Shown here piece by piece: positions 49,676-58,331 of a stretch of DNA of 64,000 nucleotides. This DNA is from an uncultured bacterium. Lineage in GTDB: Bacteria; Babelota; Babeliae; Babelales; Babelaceae. The DNA lies in NCBI GenBank assembly GCA_963848965.1, contig CAWKFG010000004.1, forward strand, positions 704,001-768,000, in the 5' to 3' direction. Under the pieces are notes generated by a model. The model was not told where the DNA came from, did not search any database, and was given only the letters and a program-made list of their open reading frames with translations. Numbering within the stretch: position 1 is the stretch's first letter; each line of letters begins with the position of its first letter. A program made the position numbers and the translations under genes.

Positions 49676-50016
49676 GTGAATTACCTCCACCAGTAGAGGT
49701 GTGACTTCCTAAGAACTCTTGAGCAACCTCAAGATATTGATTAGGCTATCCCCGCCACCCCAGCGGTTCTTATATTTCTAGCAGCATTGATATCTCTGTC
49801 TTGAGAATATCCGCAATGCTGACAATCATACTATCTTTCTGATAGTTCTAGACTTTCTTTTATATTACCGCATGAAGACACGTTTTAGATGAAGGAAACC
49901 ATTTGTCTATCTTTATCAGCTGTTTGCCTCTGTCTGCAAGCTTATAGCCTAGCATTGTAACAAACTTACCCCAACCGTTGTCCGCTCCCACTTATAGAAG
50001 CTGGGAGAACTCTTGC
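49676..50016 (-). mobile_element. Non-autonomous, internally deleted IS200/IS605-family element
   Basis: Minus strand: TTAA, then left-end hairpin CTCCCAGCTT-CTAT-AAGTGGGAG, tnpB 3' fragment, right-end hairpin ACCTCTAC-TG-GTGGAGGT and terminal TTCAC. Confidence 0.75.
49741..49979 (-). pseudogene. tnpB: tnpB C-terminal fragment
   Basis: NGWGKFVTMLGYKLADRGKQLIKIDKWFPSSKTC/(frameshift)SCGNIKESLELSER*YDCQHCGYSQDRDINAARNIRTAGVAGIA*: TnpB zinc finger and DRD.NAA.NI motif. Confidence 0.9.
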
Positions 50017-50027
50017 TTAACTTTGTT

Positions 50028-50056
50028 AAAAAGCTATATATCAGCCTTCCTCCTTC
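50028..50056 (+). repeat. Exact 29-bp direct repeat, copy 1
   Basis: AAAAAGCTATATATCAGCCTTCCTCCTTC, identical to 52692-52720. Confidence 0.9.
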
Positions 50057-50835
50057 TTTTCTCTTAATGCCATGTATGATAATACACATAGCACTTCTTT
50101 ACTACACGATACCTTTTTTTATATCTTGTGTGGACGCCCGGTAGGGTATGTCTACAGAGGTGAGCTTCAAAGTAAGCTTTCATATGATTCTCAACTTGCA
50201 TTAGGGGGACGTGTAATAGTAACTAAGGTTGTCCGAGGAAGTCGCGAAGGTGAAACAGAAGCAAAAATATACCCATCTATGGGCAATAACTTTGCTTTAC
50301 CGTCCTTTCTTGCTCGCTGGTGCTTTGGTCTTCTAGCAAAACGATTTTACCAACAATCAAGTAATATAGTAGAAAAGGCATAAGCTCAAACTATCTATGA
50401 GAGCTCATACATTTTTCTCTTAGTACCTATCAAAAATATGACAACTCTTAACAAAAAGCTCTTGAGCATAGAATGATTACGCTCAAGAGCTTTTCAAGTA
50501 ATAGCGTTTCAGGTCTATAGCTACATTCTTTTACTTTTTCAGACCCTGGTATAGTTTCTTGATGTACAAAAATAACTAGTAATCCATTATAGTACCCAAC
50601 ATACTTGCCAATAAATAAATTATATTATAATATAACATAAAATAGTCATTAAAATTTATGAACAAAGGTACCGAATGCTTAAAATAATTTTACTTATAAA
50701 CCTTGTGCTCATAGGTTTCTCTATTTATACAATGGAGAAAGAACAATCACCAAGCTCTCCTCATCTTACTATTCCTGTAAGCTCACAAGAATGGCAGGAG
50801 GTACAAAGGCTTATCTTCCTATTAAACCAATCAAT
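50049..50835 (+). repeat. Diverged segmental duplication, copy B
   Basis: Homologous to about 46990-47750. Confidence 0.8.
50072..50383 (+). CDS. Paralog of 46952-47323 lacking most of its signal peptide (possibly a pseudogene)
   Basis: Upstream in-frame FSLNA is retained, but homology breaks at the 29-bp repeat and there is an in-frame TAA at 50027. Confidence 0.6.
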   Translation: MYDNTHSTSLLHDTFFYILCGRPVGYVYRGELQSKLSYDSQLALGGRVIVTKVVRGSREGETEAKIYPSMGNNFALPSFLARWCFGLLAKRFYQQSSNIVEKA

Positions 50836-52684
50836 TACTGCTCCTTTAATGCAAGAACAATCAATTAATCAAGAGATAACCAGTAATAGAGGTACCTGTG
50901 CGGCAGAGTCTCAAAGTAGTATACAGCTTGAACAGGAAGAAAGCTCTTCAAGCTCAGCACATAGCCTGACCGGCCCTTATTTTCCAATATCAGCTGCGCT
51001 TGAAAGAGGTAATTCAGGAGGACCAATAATATCTACAAGCGGTTATGTAAGTGGAACAGTACAAGATGATAGAGATTGTAGCTTCCTTCCCTTGATTGAC
51101 ACGGAACCTTATAGTACAAATTCTCAAAACGAAGATCATCCACCGGTCGGTGACAATAGACTAGCAGGTGATAATATTAGTACCCTCACTATTCCGCTTA
51201 GAACAGTTAGAGCACCACAACCGTCACCGATAAACGGAACTTTTCAGTATTTTATTGAGTCTACTGTACATCCTCTTGAAGTTACTGGCCGTATAGAAAA
51301 AAAAGATAAGATAAAGCCTACTTTTTCTATATGTTTTGATGATCATAGTGCCTTTCTTGCTCCAAATGCTACAATTTCTGAAGGAGCAGATCGTAGAAAA
51401 CAGGCCCAAGCAAGGATGGCTCTTACCCTCAAGCAATTAGAAGAAAAAGAAAGCCAAGAAAGAGTCCAAAAGCTTCTTAAGCTAAATTGTAAAGTGATAC
51501 CTTTTGGTAATACACCTGCAAATTTACTTTCACTTGTCATTATTAAGCTTGCTCAAATAGACAAACCAGACGAGCTACAATCGTTACCAAAAGAACTACA
51601 AGATGCAATTAGTACCTTTAAACAGGTTCTAGGAGATAAGAGACATAATCTCCTTAAAGCCATTGATTGTCAGCAATTCAGCATGCCTCTTGTAGAAGCA
51701 CTTATTATCGCAACCCCTGTTCTAAAACGAGAAGTGCTCATTAAACAAATCATCGAAAAAGCAGCTTATAACGCAGATATACCTCTCCTTTCTTTTTTTA
51801 AAGAAAAAGGAATTGATCTCTCTTTACACCGATCCCATAGGCTTGGCAACTCTCTTTTGCATATAGTATGTACCTCGCCAAGCACTAAAGCTCTTGAATC
51901 CATAGCCTTCCTACTTAACCATAAGATCGATATTAATGGCAAAGCTAAGGATGGCGCGACAGCTCTTCGTAGAGCGATAGAGGCTAGTAAAACAAGTATT
52001 GTAGAATATCTTTTAGCACATGGAGCAAGCATACAGACCAAAGATGTTCAAGGTAAAACTGTTCTACATCATGCAATAAACAAAGGACATAAAGAAATAG
52101 TAGACTTACTTATAGCTCATGGCGCTGATGTTAACGCTCAGGATAATAATAACAATACGCCTCTACATTCTCTTGCTGAAGCATTTCCTCTATCAGAAGG
52201 ACATAGCACTATAGTAAAATGCCTTTTAGATCATAAAGCTGATGTTACTATAAAAAACAGGCGCGGCCATACTCCTTTAACATTAGCACGCATAAATGGT
52301 GGAGCATGGCACAGCTCGCGCTCTACTTTGTTTAAAATAATGGCTATTCTAAAAGAATATGCTAAGCAATTAGGCCAGAAAGACGCTGAAAAACAAGAAA
52401 GTTTAACAGAAAGTTTTCTTAATGCAGCAGAAACGGGCAATATAGAAGCATTAAAGAGGCTACAAAACAAAGTATCTGTTAATAGCAAAGGAAAACAAGG
52501 CAATACTGCTCTTATGGTAGCAGCTCGTGCTGGCCGTACTGAGACAGTTCTTTATCTGTTAAGTCAAAAAGCAGATGTTTCGCTCACTAACGTATTTCAT
52601 GAAACTGTTGCTGTTTTAGCGCGCCAAACAGGTCAGCATCACATTGCTTACATAATTGAGAATGGTGTTATGAAACATTTATAA
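50675..52684 (+). CDS. Secreted ankyrin-repeat protein with disordered N-terminus and SOCS-box-like motif
   Basis: Signal peptide IYT|MEK; Ser/Gln-rich region; ankyrin repeats in the C-terminal half (GATALRRA, GKTVLHHA, NTPLH, GNTALMVAA). Confidence 0.88.
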   Translation: MLKIILLINLVLIGFSIYTMEKEQSPSSPHLTIPVSSQEWQEVQRLIFLLNQSITAPLMQEQSINQEITSNRGTCAAESQSSIQLEQEESSSSSAHSLTGPYFPISAALERGNSGGPIISTSGYVSGTVQDDRDCSFLPLIDTEPYSTNSQNEDHPPVGDNRLAGDNISTLTIPLRTVRAPQPSPINGTFQYFIESTVHPLEVTGRIEKKDKIKPTFSICFDDHSAFLAPNATISEGADRRKQAQARMALTLKQLEEKESQERVQKLLKLNCKVIPFGNTPANLLSLVIIKLAQIDKPDELQSLPKELQDAISTFKQVLGDKRHNLLKAIDCQQFSMPLVEALIIATPVLKREVLIKQIIEKAAYNADIPLLSFFKEKGIDLSLHRSHRLGNSLLHIVCTSPSTKALESIAFLLNHKIDINGKAKDGATALRRAIEASKTSIVEYLLAHGASIQTKDVQGKTVLHHAINKGHKEIVDLLIAHGADVNAQDNNNNTPLHSLAEAFPLSEGHSTIVKCLLDHKADVTIKNRRGHTPLTLARINGGAWHSSRSTLFKIMAILKEYAKQLGQKDAEKQESLTESFLNAAETGNIEALKRLQNKVSVNSKGKQGNTALMVAARAGRTETVLYLLSQKADVSLTNVFHETVAVLARQTGQHHIAYIIENGVMKHL

Positions 52685-52691
52685 ATTTTTA

Positions 52692-52720
52692 AAAAAGCTA
52701 TATATCAGCCTTCCTCCTTC
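52692..52720 (+). repeat. Exact 29-bp direct repeat, copy 2
   Basis: Identical to 50028-50056. Confidence 0.9.
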
Positions 52721-52802
52721 GCTCAAGATCTTCCCGCATACGCTCATAAGCTATTAACCTTCGCCAAAGGCTATGGCTAACATAGCAGCGGACATAAAGC
52801 TA
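52713..52802. repeat. Nested REP-like palindromic elements
   Basis: CCTTCGCTC..., CCCGCATACGCTCATAAGCTAT...ATAGCAGCGGACA, inner CCTTCGCCAAAGGCTATGG. Confidence 0.45.
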
Positions 52803-52934
52803 AATTGGTATAAAGCTATAAGCTCCATTACAGTCTAGCGTATCTATTGTTATGAACTTGAAATATACTAATGTTAAATAATTTGATATACTAACAAAAA
52901 TATATTAAATAACTATTAAATTTCCTGGAAACAT

Positions 52935-54335
52935 ATGAAAGTATATATTTTCTTTTCTCTTTTAACACTTTTTAGCCAACTGCTTTGTAGTGAAGGTATA
53001 GAAGTAAGTACGCATCACCATCCTTACTCTCCTAAAGATATACAAAAACTCTTAAGTACGCTTACTGCTGACCCAAAGCATCTTTTAAGTGAGATAGGCT
53101 TTCAAGTAGAACATATACTTGAGGAAAAAATTGATAAGCTACCATTGAGTTTTTTTATAGACAGGCTACCTGATTGGCTCTGCAAGCGGAGTAACACATT
53201 AAAAGCACAATGTGAGCGCAAAACAAAATTACAAAGGCTCTTAAAAGGACCTCAAGAAGCAGGTAATCCAGCACGATTTCTTTATGAGGGGTATACACGA
53301 GCTCATATACTTGCAAAAGTACTTTCATGCAACCCAAGGCTCATTCAAAAAGTTCTTGGTAAGCCATTCGAATTTGATCCACCTACTACAGAAGCAGAAC
53401 TTGCTCAAGCATTTGATATACTAGCTCTTTATAATGATAAAGACCTTCCATTCTTTGCACAGTTATCCTATAGTGATTACAAGCTTTTGAAAGACTATTT
53501 TAGCGATAATACTTTCCTTACTTTCATTCATACAGTAAGAGAATGTATTGGATGCCCTCTTTCTCGACTTGATAAACCTGCTGCAAGAAAGTATTTTGAA
53601 GATGAGGTCGTAACATATACTCAACAAACTTTTACAGATAAAAAGCAAAAAATCACTCTAACCGATTTTGGATGCGGAGAGCTTTTCCAAACAACGGTAC
53701 TTCTTTCAAAAATTCTCAACCAAGGATATCACCATATACGTATTAATCTTATAGACACTGAGTATGCAAAGACTCTACACGTATACCGACATCTCAAGAA
53801 AAAGTTTTCGATCTCATCCTCTATAGCGCTAGACGATTGTACAGCTGAGTTTATACATGAATGGGTAATGGAATGCCTCAAAAAGCAAACTTCTCGTATA
53901 GAACTTATAAAAGATATAAGAGAAATGGTTTTTTCTATAGCATACCACCATATCTTTACTTCTTTTTGTCAATGGTTTAAGGCTCTTGGAAAAGAAGTAG
54001 AAGTAGTCCTTTATGAGCATGTAGATGATTATGTAAAAGATTGCCAATCTTTTACAAATCTTAAGAGTAATATTATCATAAGTTGCGATGCAAGCTCTAT
54101 ATTACTGCAACCCAATTTTGACCTCTTGCACAAGCAGATACTCATGAACTCAGGCATGATCTTTAATATAATCCAATCTGAAGGCGATATCTATTTTGCT
54201 AAGGGATCTCAAGAGGTATATGGTCGCGAACGCTTCCAATTCAATCAAGTATGTAATACTTTCGAATTGCCATCAGCTCTTTCAATTTCTAACGTAGCAC
54301 TTACACTCTTAGATAGCTTTTTATTACTCTCATAA
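52935..54335 (+). CDS. Secreted hypothetical protein with class I SAM-methyltransferase-like motifs
   Basis: Signal peptide; ITLTDFGCGELF followed by RINLIDTEY. Confidence 0.55.
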   Translation: MKVYIFFSLLTLFSQLLCSEGIEVSTHHHPYSPKDIQKLLSTLTADPKHLLSEIGFQVEHILEEKIDKLPLSFFIDRLPDWLCKRSNTLKAQCERKTKLQRLLKGPQEAGNPARFLYEGYTRAHILAKVLSCNPRLIQKVLGKPFEFDPPTTEAELAQAFDILALYNDKDLPFFAQLSYSDYKLLKDYFSDNTFLTFIHTVRECIGCPLSRLDKPAARKYFEDEVVTYTQQTFTDKKQKITLTDFGCGELFQTTVLLSKILNQGYHHIRINLIDTEYAKTLHVYRHLKKKFSISSSIALDDCTAEFIHEWVMECLKKQTSRIELIKDIREMVFSIAYHHIFTSFCQWFKALGKEVEVVLYEHVDDYVKDCQSFTNLKSNIIISCDASSILLQPNFDLLHKQILMNSGMIFNIIQSEGDIYFAKGSQEVYGRERFQFNQVCNTFELPSALSISNVALTLLDSFLLLS

Positions 54336-54343
54336 AGACATTT

Positions 54344-54368
54344 CACAAGAGCCAAATAGGCTCTTGTG
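54344..54368. terminator. Hairpin between convergent genes
   Basis: CACAAGAGCC-AAATA-GGCTCTTGTG. Confidence 0.65.
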
Positions 54369-54415
54369 CTAATAATTTTTACAAGAAAAAGTGCATAGAA
54401 AGCCAATAAGCTTAA

Positions 54416-56092
54416 TTAAGGAATGAGCTGTGCTTTAAGCAACGTTTGCTTGCCTTTAAACGCTATACCAAGAGCATATATATGCTGTATCCTACGTTTT
54501 CTAAGCTCTTGTGTATAATTCTTCTCTATTATTTGCTCTAAAGCTTTTTGAGCTGCACTTTCTAATGTTTCTTGCTGAAAGGAGGAAGCCTTCTTAAACT
54601 CTATGATATAACCCGGTCTAATTCTTTCTTTAGGAATAAGCATAATATCATATCTTCCATAACCACTTTCTTTATTAGACGAAACTTCATAATCATCACT
54701 AAAGCTTACAAGAAGTCCTAAAACAAAAAGGTGATAGCTCCGTTCCGGTTCAGTATCAGGAATATCAAACATACTCATGCTATTTACCACAAACTCCTGC
54801 AAGAGCTCCGCTATCCTATTAATGTTACTAGTCTTGAGGGCATCTAAAAGCACTTGGACACGAGCAGCAGGTAAAGACTGATCAAAAATCTCTTGAATAA
54901 GGTGTTTATAGAGTAACTTTATTTCTTTATTGGGCAATATAAGCGCACAGATGTCCTTCCCTTCTTTTATTTCATGAGAGTTATAAGTTACATAGCCAGT
55001 CCACAAAAGGAGGCTCCACAATGCTGTAGAACTGTGATCTAAATGAGGGAAAACAAGTCTTTCATCAATCTCTTTGGTAACTTGAGTTCCTGTAAGTAGT
55101 AATTCTAATTCTACTTTTACTTCTTGCGTTGAATGTGCAATAAGTCTTTTTACCAAGTAATTATTACTTGTGTTAGCCCAATAAGCTTTCAGAATTCCTC
55201 TTGTTCTTACACATTCAAGAACAGACCATGGATTATAAAGTACTGCACCATTGGCACTGTATCCATTGTACCACATCTTTATATTTTCTTCTTCTTGTAA
55301 AAGCTCCTGCTCTATAAGGAGCTCATGAACTTCATTAGGTGTAAAACCAAATTTATCACAAAAGTTTTTATCAAGCAGCGTAAAAACATTAAGATTATTA
55401 AGTCCTGAAAATATACCTTCTTTTGCTATACGCAAAATACCTGTTAAAATACCTTTCTCAAGATAAGGACTATCTTTTAACACTGCTGTTAACAGCTCCT
55501 GCATGAAGTTGACAAGCTCTTTATAATATCCATGTGCATATGCTGTATGAATAGGTGCATCATATTCATCTATGAGAACCATCACCCGCTGGTTATAGTA
55601 ACGATTAAGAAGCTTACTTAAAAAAAATAAACTACGCCCAAAATCAACAACACTTCCTGTTCTATAAAGGATTGCTTCATAGTCTCTCTGCTCATATTCA
55701 GGCAATTGTGGTAAGACAAATTCAGCATGCCGAGCAAATTCTTCAGCAATAATCGAAATAATATACTCATACGCTTGATTCCAATTATCTGCCTTAATAC
55801 CCTTAAATGTTAAAAATATAATTGGATAAAGCCCTTGTAATGATCTATACTTTGCACGTTCCCAAATATGAGTACCATGAAAAAGATATGAATTGCTTGT
55901 AGATGTAGATTCAAAAAAATATTTAAGCATAGAAAGGTTAAGTGTTTTTCCAAATCTTCTTGGACGAGGAATAAGAATGACATCGCTTGAAAAACCAAGT
56001 AATTCGTCTATAAAAGAAGTCTTATCAACGTAATAGTAATTACCTTCTATAATCTTCTTAAAATCACTAATACCAAGAGGAAGCAGTTTCAT
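54416..56092 (-). CDS. AAA-ATPase-like protein with C-terminal PD-(D/E)XK nuclease
   Basis: MKLLPLGISDF, RPRRFGKT, LIDEYD, SGLNNL, WYNGY, SNKESGYGRYDI..IIEFK; close paralog of 42196-43866. Confidence 0.92.
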   Translation of the reverse strand: MKLLPLGISDFKKIIEGNYYYVDKTSFIDELLGFSSDVILIPRPRRFGKTLNLSMLKYFFESTSTSNSYLFHGTHIWERAKYRSLQGLYPIIFLTFKGIKADNWNQAYEYIISIIAEEFARHAEFVLPQLPEYEQRDYEAILYRTGSVVDFGRSLFFLSKLLNRYYNQRVMVLIDEYDAPIHTAYAHGYYKELVNFMQELLTAVLKDSPYLEKGILTGILRIAKEGIFSGLNNLNVFTLLDKNFCDKFGFTPNEVHELLIEQELLQEEENIKMWYNGYSANGAVLYNPWSVLECVRTRGILKAYWANTSNNYLVKRLIAHSTQEVKVELELLLTGTQVTKEIDERLVFPHLDHSSTALWSLLLWTGYVTYNSHEIKEGKDICALILPNKEIKLLYKHLIQEIFDQSLPAARVQVLLDALKTSNINRIAELLQEFVVNSMSMFDIPDTEPERSYHLFVLGLLVSFSDDYEVSSNKESGYGRYDIMLIPKERIRPGYIIEFKKASSFQQETLESAAQKALEQIIEKNYTQELRKRRIQHIYALGIAFKGKQTLLKAQLIP

Positions 56093-56333
56093 CAATTCTC
56101 CGCCAAATAGCACAATAAGATCTTATCTTAAGTATGGCACAAGTATGCAAAAAATGAAGTATACTTCTCTATAACCCTTCTGCTATACTAATTATTATTC
56201 ATACATTGCCTTTTAAATTTATTTTAATTTTTTAATTAATAGTAGCACTAAATAAAAAGTAATGTCAACGATTCTTTCCCTGGGATTAAGACAGCAATAG
56301 AGCAAGTTCCTTTTTCTTTATTAAAAGACGCTC

Positions 56334-58124
56334 TCAATCTATAGATTCTAAAAAGATACGTCCTTTTCTACATTCTTTGCTGAGTAAAGCTCGTTGTAAA
56401 TAGCCTTCTTGTGCTTTATCAACAGCTGTTTTTTCTTCATTATCCTTAAGATATATATCTGCTCCTGCATCTATAAGCATATCTATACATTCTATATGCC
56501 TGTGCTTTATTGCATACATAAGCGCTGTATTACCTTGTGCATCTTGCTTATTTATATCTACTTTTAAAGTTATAAGCTTTTCTAGCACTTCTTTGTGACC
56601 TGCAGTTGCTGCATACATGAGTAATGTTTTCCCTTTTTCATCTACAATAGTATCAATAGCATTCTTTAATCTTGTTACTGCTTGCTGTAAGCATACATAC
56701 TTATGTTCTTGCCAATCCTTTCTTTGGCACTCTTGTGAACAGTATTTTACTTTCCTGCAAAGAGAACATTTATAGAACTTCTTTTTATCTTGCTTACACG
56801 TATAGCAGCACCCTATCTTTCTTTGCTCTTCTTTTACAGCTAGTATCTGTTGTGTATTTTGTGCTTTTTGGATAAGAAGAGTTACTATTTCTTTATGATT
56901 TTTCTTTACTGCATATATTATGGCAGTCAAGCCATTTTTATCTTGCGCATTACTATCTGCGCCTGCAGTTAAAAGTTTCTCTACGATTTCTTTATAGCCA
57001 TTACCTGCAGCAATCATTAAAGCAGTAACATTAGCATTTGTTTTAGTATTAGGAGCAGCATTACAAGCTAAAAGCAATTCTACTATATTTTTATAATTAT
57101 TTGCAGCAGCATACATTAAAGCAGTCCAACCATTATCAGTTTGAGCATTAATATCCGCTTTGTGTGCTAAAAGGATTTTCATTATTTCATTACAACCATT
57201 TTGGGCAGCAAAGAGCACAGGAGTCCACCCATTATTACTTTGAGCATTAACATCTGCTCCTGCATTTATAAGTATTTCTACTATCTTCTTGTGTTTCCAA
57301 TCTACAGCCAACATTAAGGGAGTCCCATGATTATGAGCCTTAGCATTACTATCGGCACCATGATTTATAAGTAATTGTACTATTTCTTCATGTCCTATTT
57401 CTGTAACCCAATGTAAGGCTGTATTACCATTATTATCTTGAGCAGTAACATCAGCACCGTGAGCTAAAAGCACCTCTACTACTTTCTTATGCCCTCCCTT
57501 TGAAGCTATAATTAAGGCAGTCCTTCTGAGTCTATCTTGAGTATCAATAAGAGCACCAGCTTGCAAAAGCATTTCTACTATTTCTTCATATCCACTGAGT
57601 GCAGCAAATAGCAGTGCAGTACCATCATCACTTTTAATATTAGTATCAGCGTTATAAGATAAAAGTATTTCTACGATTTCTTTATGACCGGCAAGTACAG
57701 CACATAGTAAGGCGGTACAATTTTTATAATTTCTAGCATTAATGTCAGCTCCTGCAGCTAACAACATTCTTACTATTTCTACATCTCCATACTGAGCAGC
57801 AATCATCAAAGGCGTCCACCCGCTCTTACTCTTAGCATTGACACAAGCATTGTGAGCTAAAAGTGCTAATATTGCTGACTTATGCCTTTTAATTACAGTA
57901 ATCATTAAAGCAGTTCTATCATCACCACCAGTGCGCGCATCAACAGCAACCCCTTTCTTTAAAAGCTTTTTGAGCTGCCCTACATTTCCCTCTTCACTAG
58001 CAATAAAAAATTTAGAAGTTAACGATACATGTTCAGCAGCCATGGGACCACTTTTCTCTTTTTGCATAGCTAAGGATGTAAAGGACACAAGAATGCTTAG
58101 TAAAAGTAATTTTCTATAATTCAT
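56334..58124 (-). CDS. Secreted ankyrin-repeat protein with MYND zinc finger
   Basis: Regular ankyrin repeats interrupted by CYTC...CSLCRKVKYCSQECQRKDWQEHKYVC; signal peptide SLA|MQK; start at ATG 58124. Confidence 0.92.
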   Translation of the reverse strand: MNYRKLLLLSILVSFTSLAMQKEKSGPMAAEHVSLTSKFFIASEEGNVGQLKKLLKKGVAVDARTGGDDRTALMITVIKRHKSAILALLAHNACVNAKSKSGWTPLMIAAQYGDVEIVRMLLAAGADINARNYKNCTALLCAVLAGHKEIVEILLSYNADTNIKSDDGTALLFAALSGYEEIVEMLLQAGALIDTQDRLRRTALIIASKGGHKKVVEVLLAHGADVTAQDNNGNTALHWVTEIGHEEIVQLLINHGADSNAKAHNHGTPLMLAVDWKHKKIVEILINAGADVNAQSNNGWTPVLFAAQNGCNEIMKILLAHKADINAQTDNGWTALMYAAANNYKNIVELLLACNAAPNTKTNANVTALMIAAGNGYKEIVEKLLTAGADSNAQDKNGLTAIIYAVKKNHKEIVTLLIQKAQNTQQILAVKEEQRKIGCCYTCKQDKKKFYKCSLCRKVKYCSQECQRKDWQEHKYVCLQQAVTRLKNAIDTIVDEKGKTLLMYAATAGHKEVLEKLITLKVDINKQDAQGNTALMYAIKHRHIECIDMLIDAGADIYLKDNEEKTAVDKAQEGYLQRALLSKECRKGRIFLESID

Positions 58125-58331
58125 TTTATTAACTTTACTAGTAAGAACGAACAATTAAACTATATATTTGCTAATAGTATATAAGATGATGATTTTTTGT
58201 AAACAAACTTTATTTTTTTGTAGATCTACCGCGTTCTCTATTCCTTGAGAGATAATTTCTTGTCCATTTCCATTCTTCTAATTTTTGAGTACACTAATGG
58301 TGCACATAATCTTTCATTAAGGAATACACAC

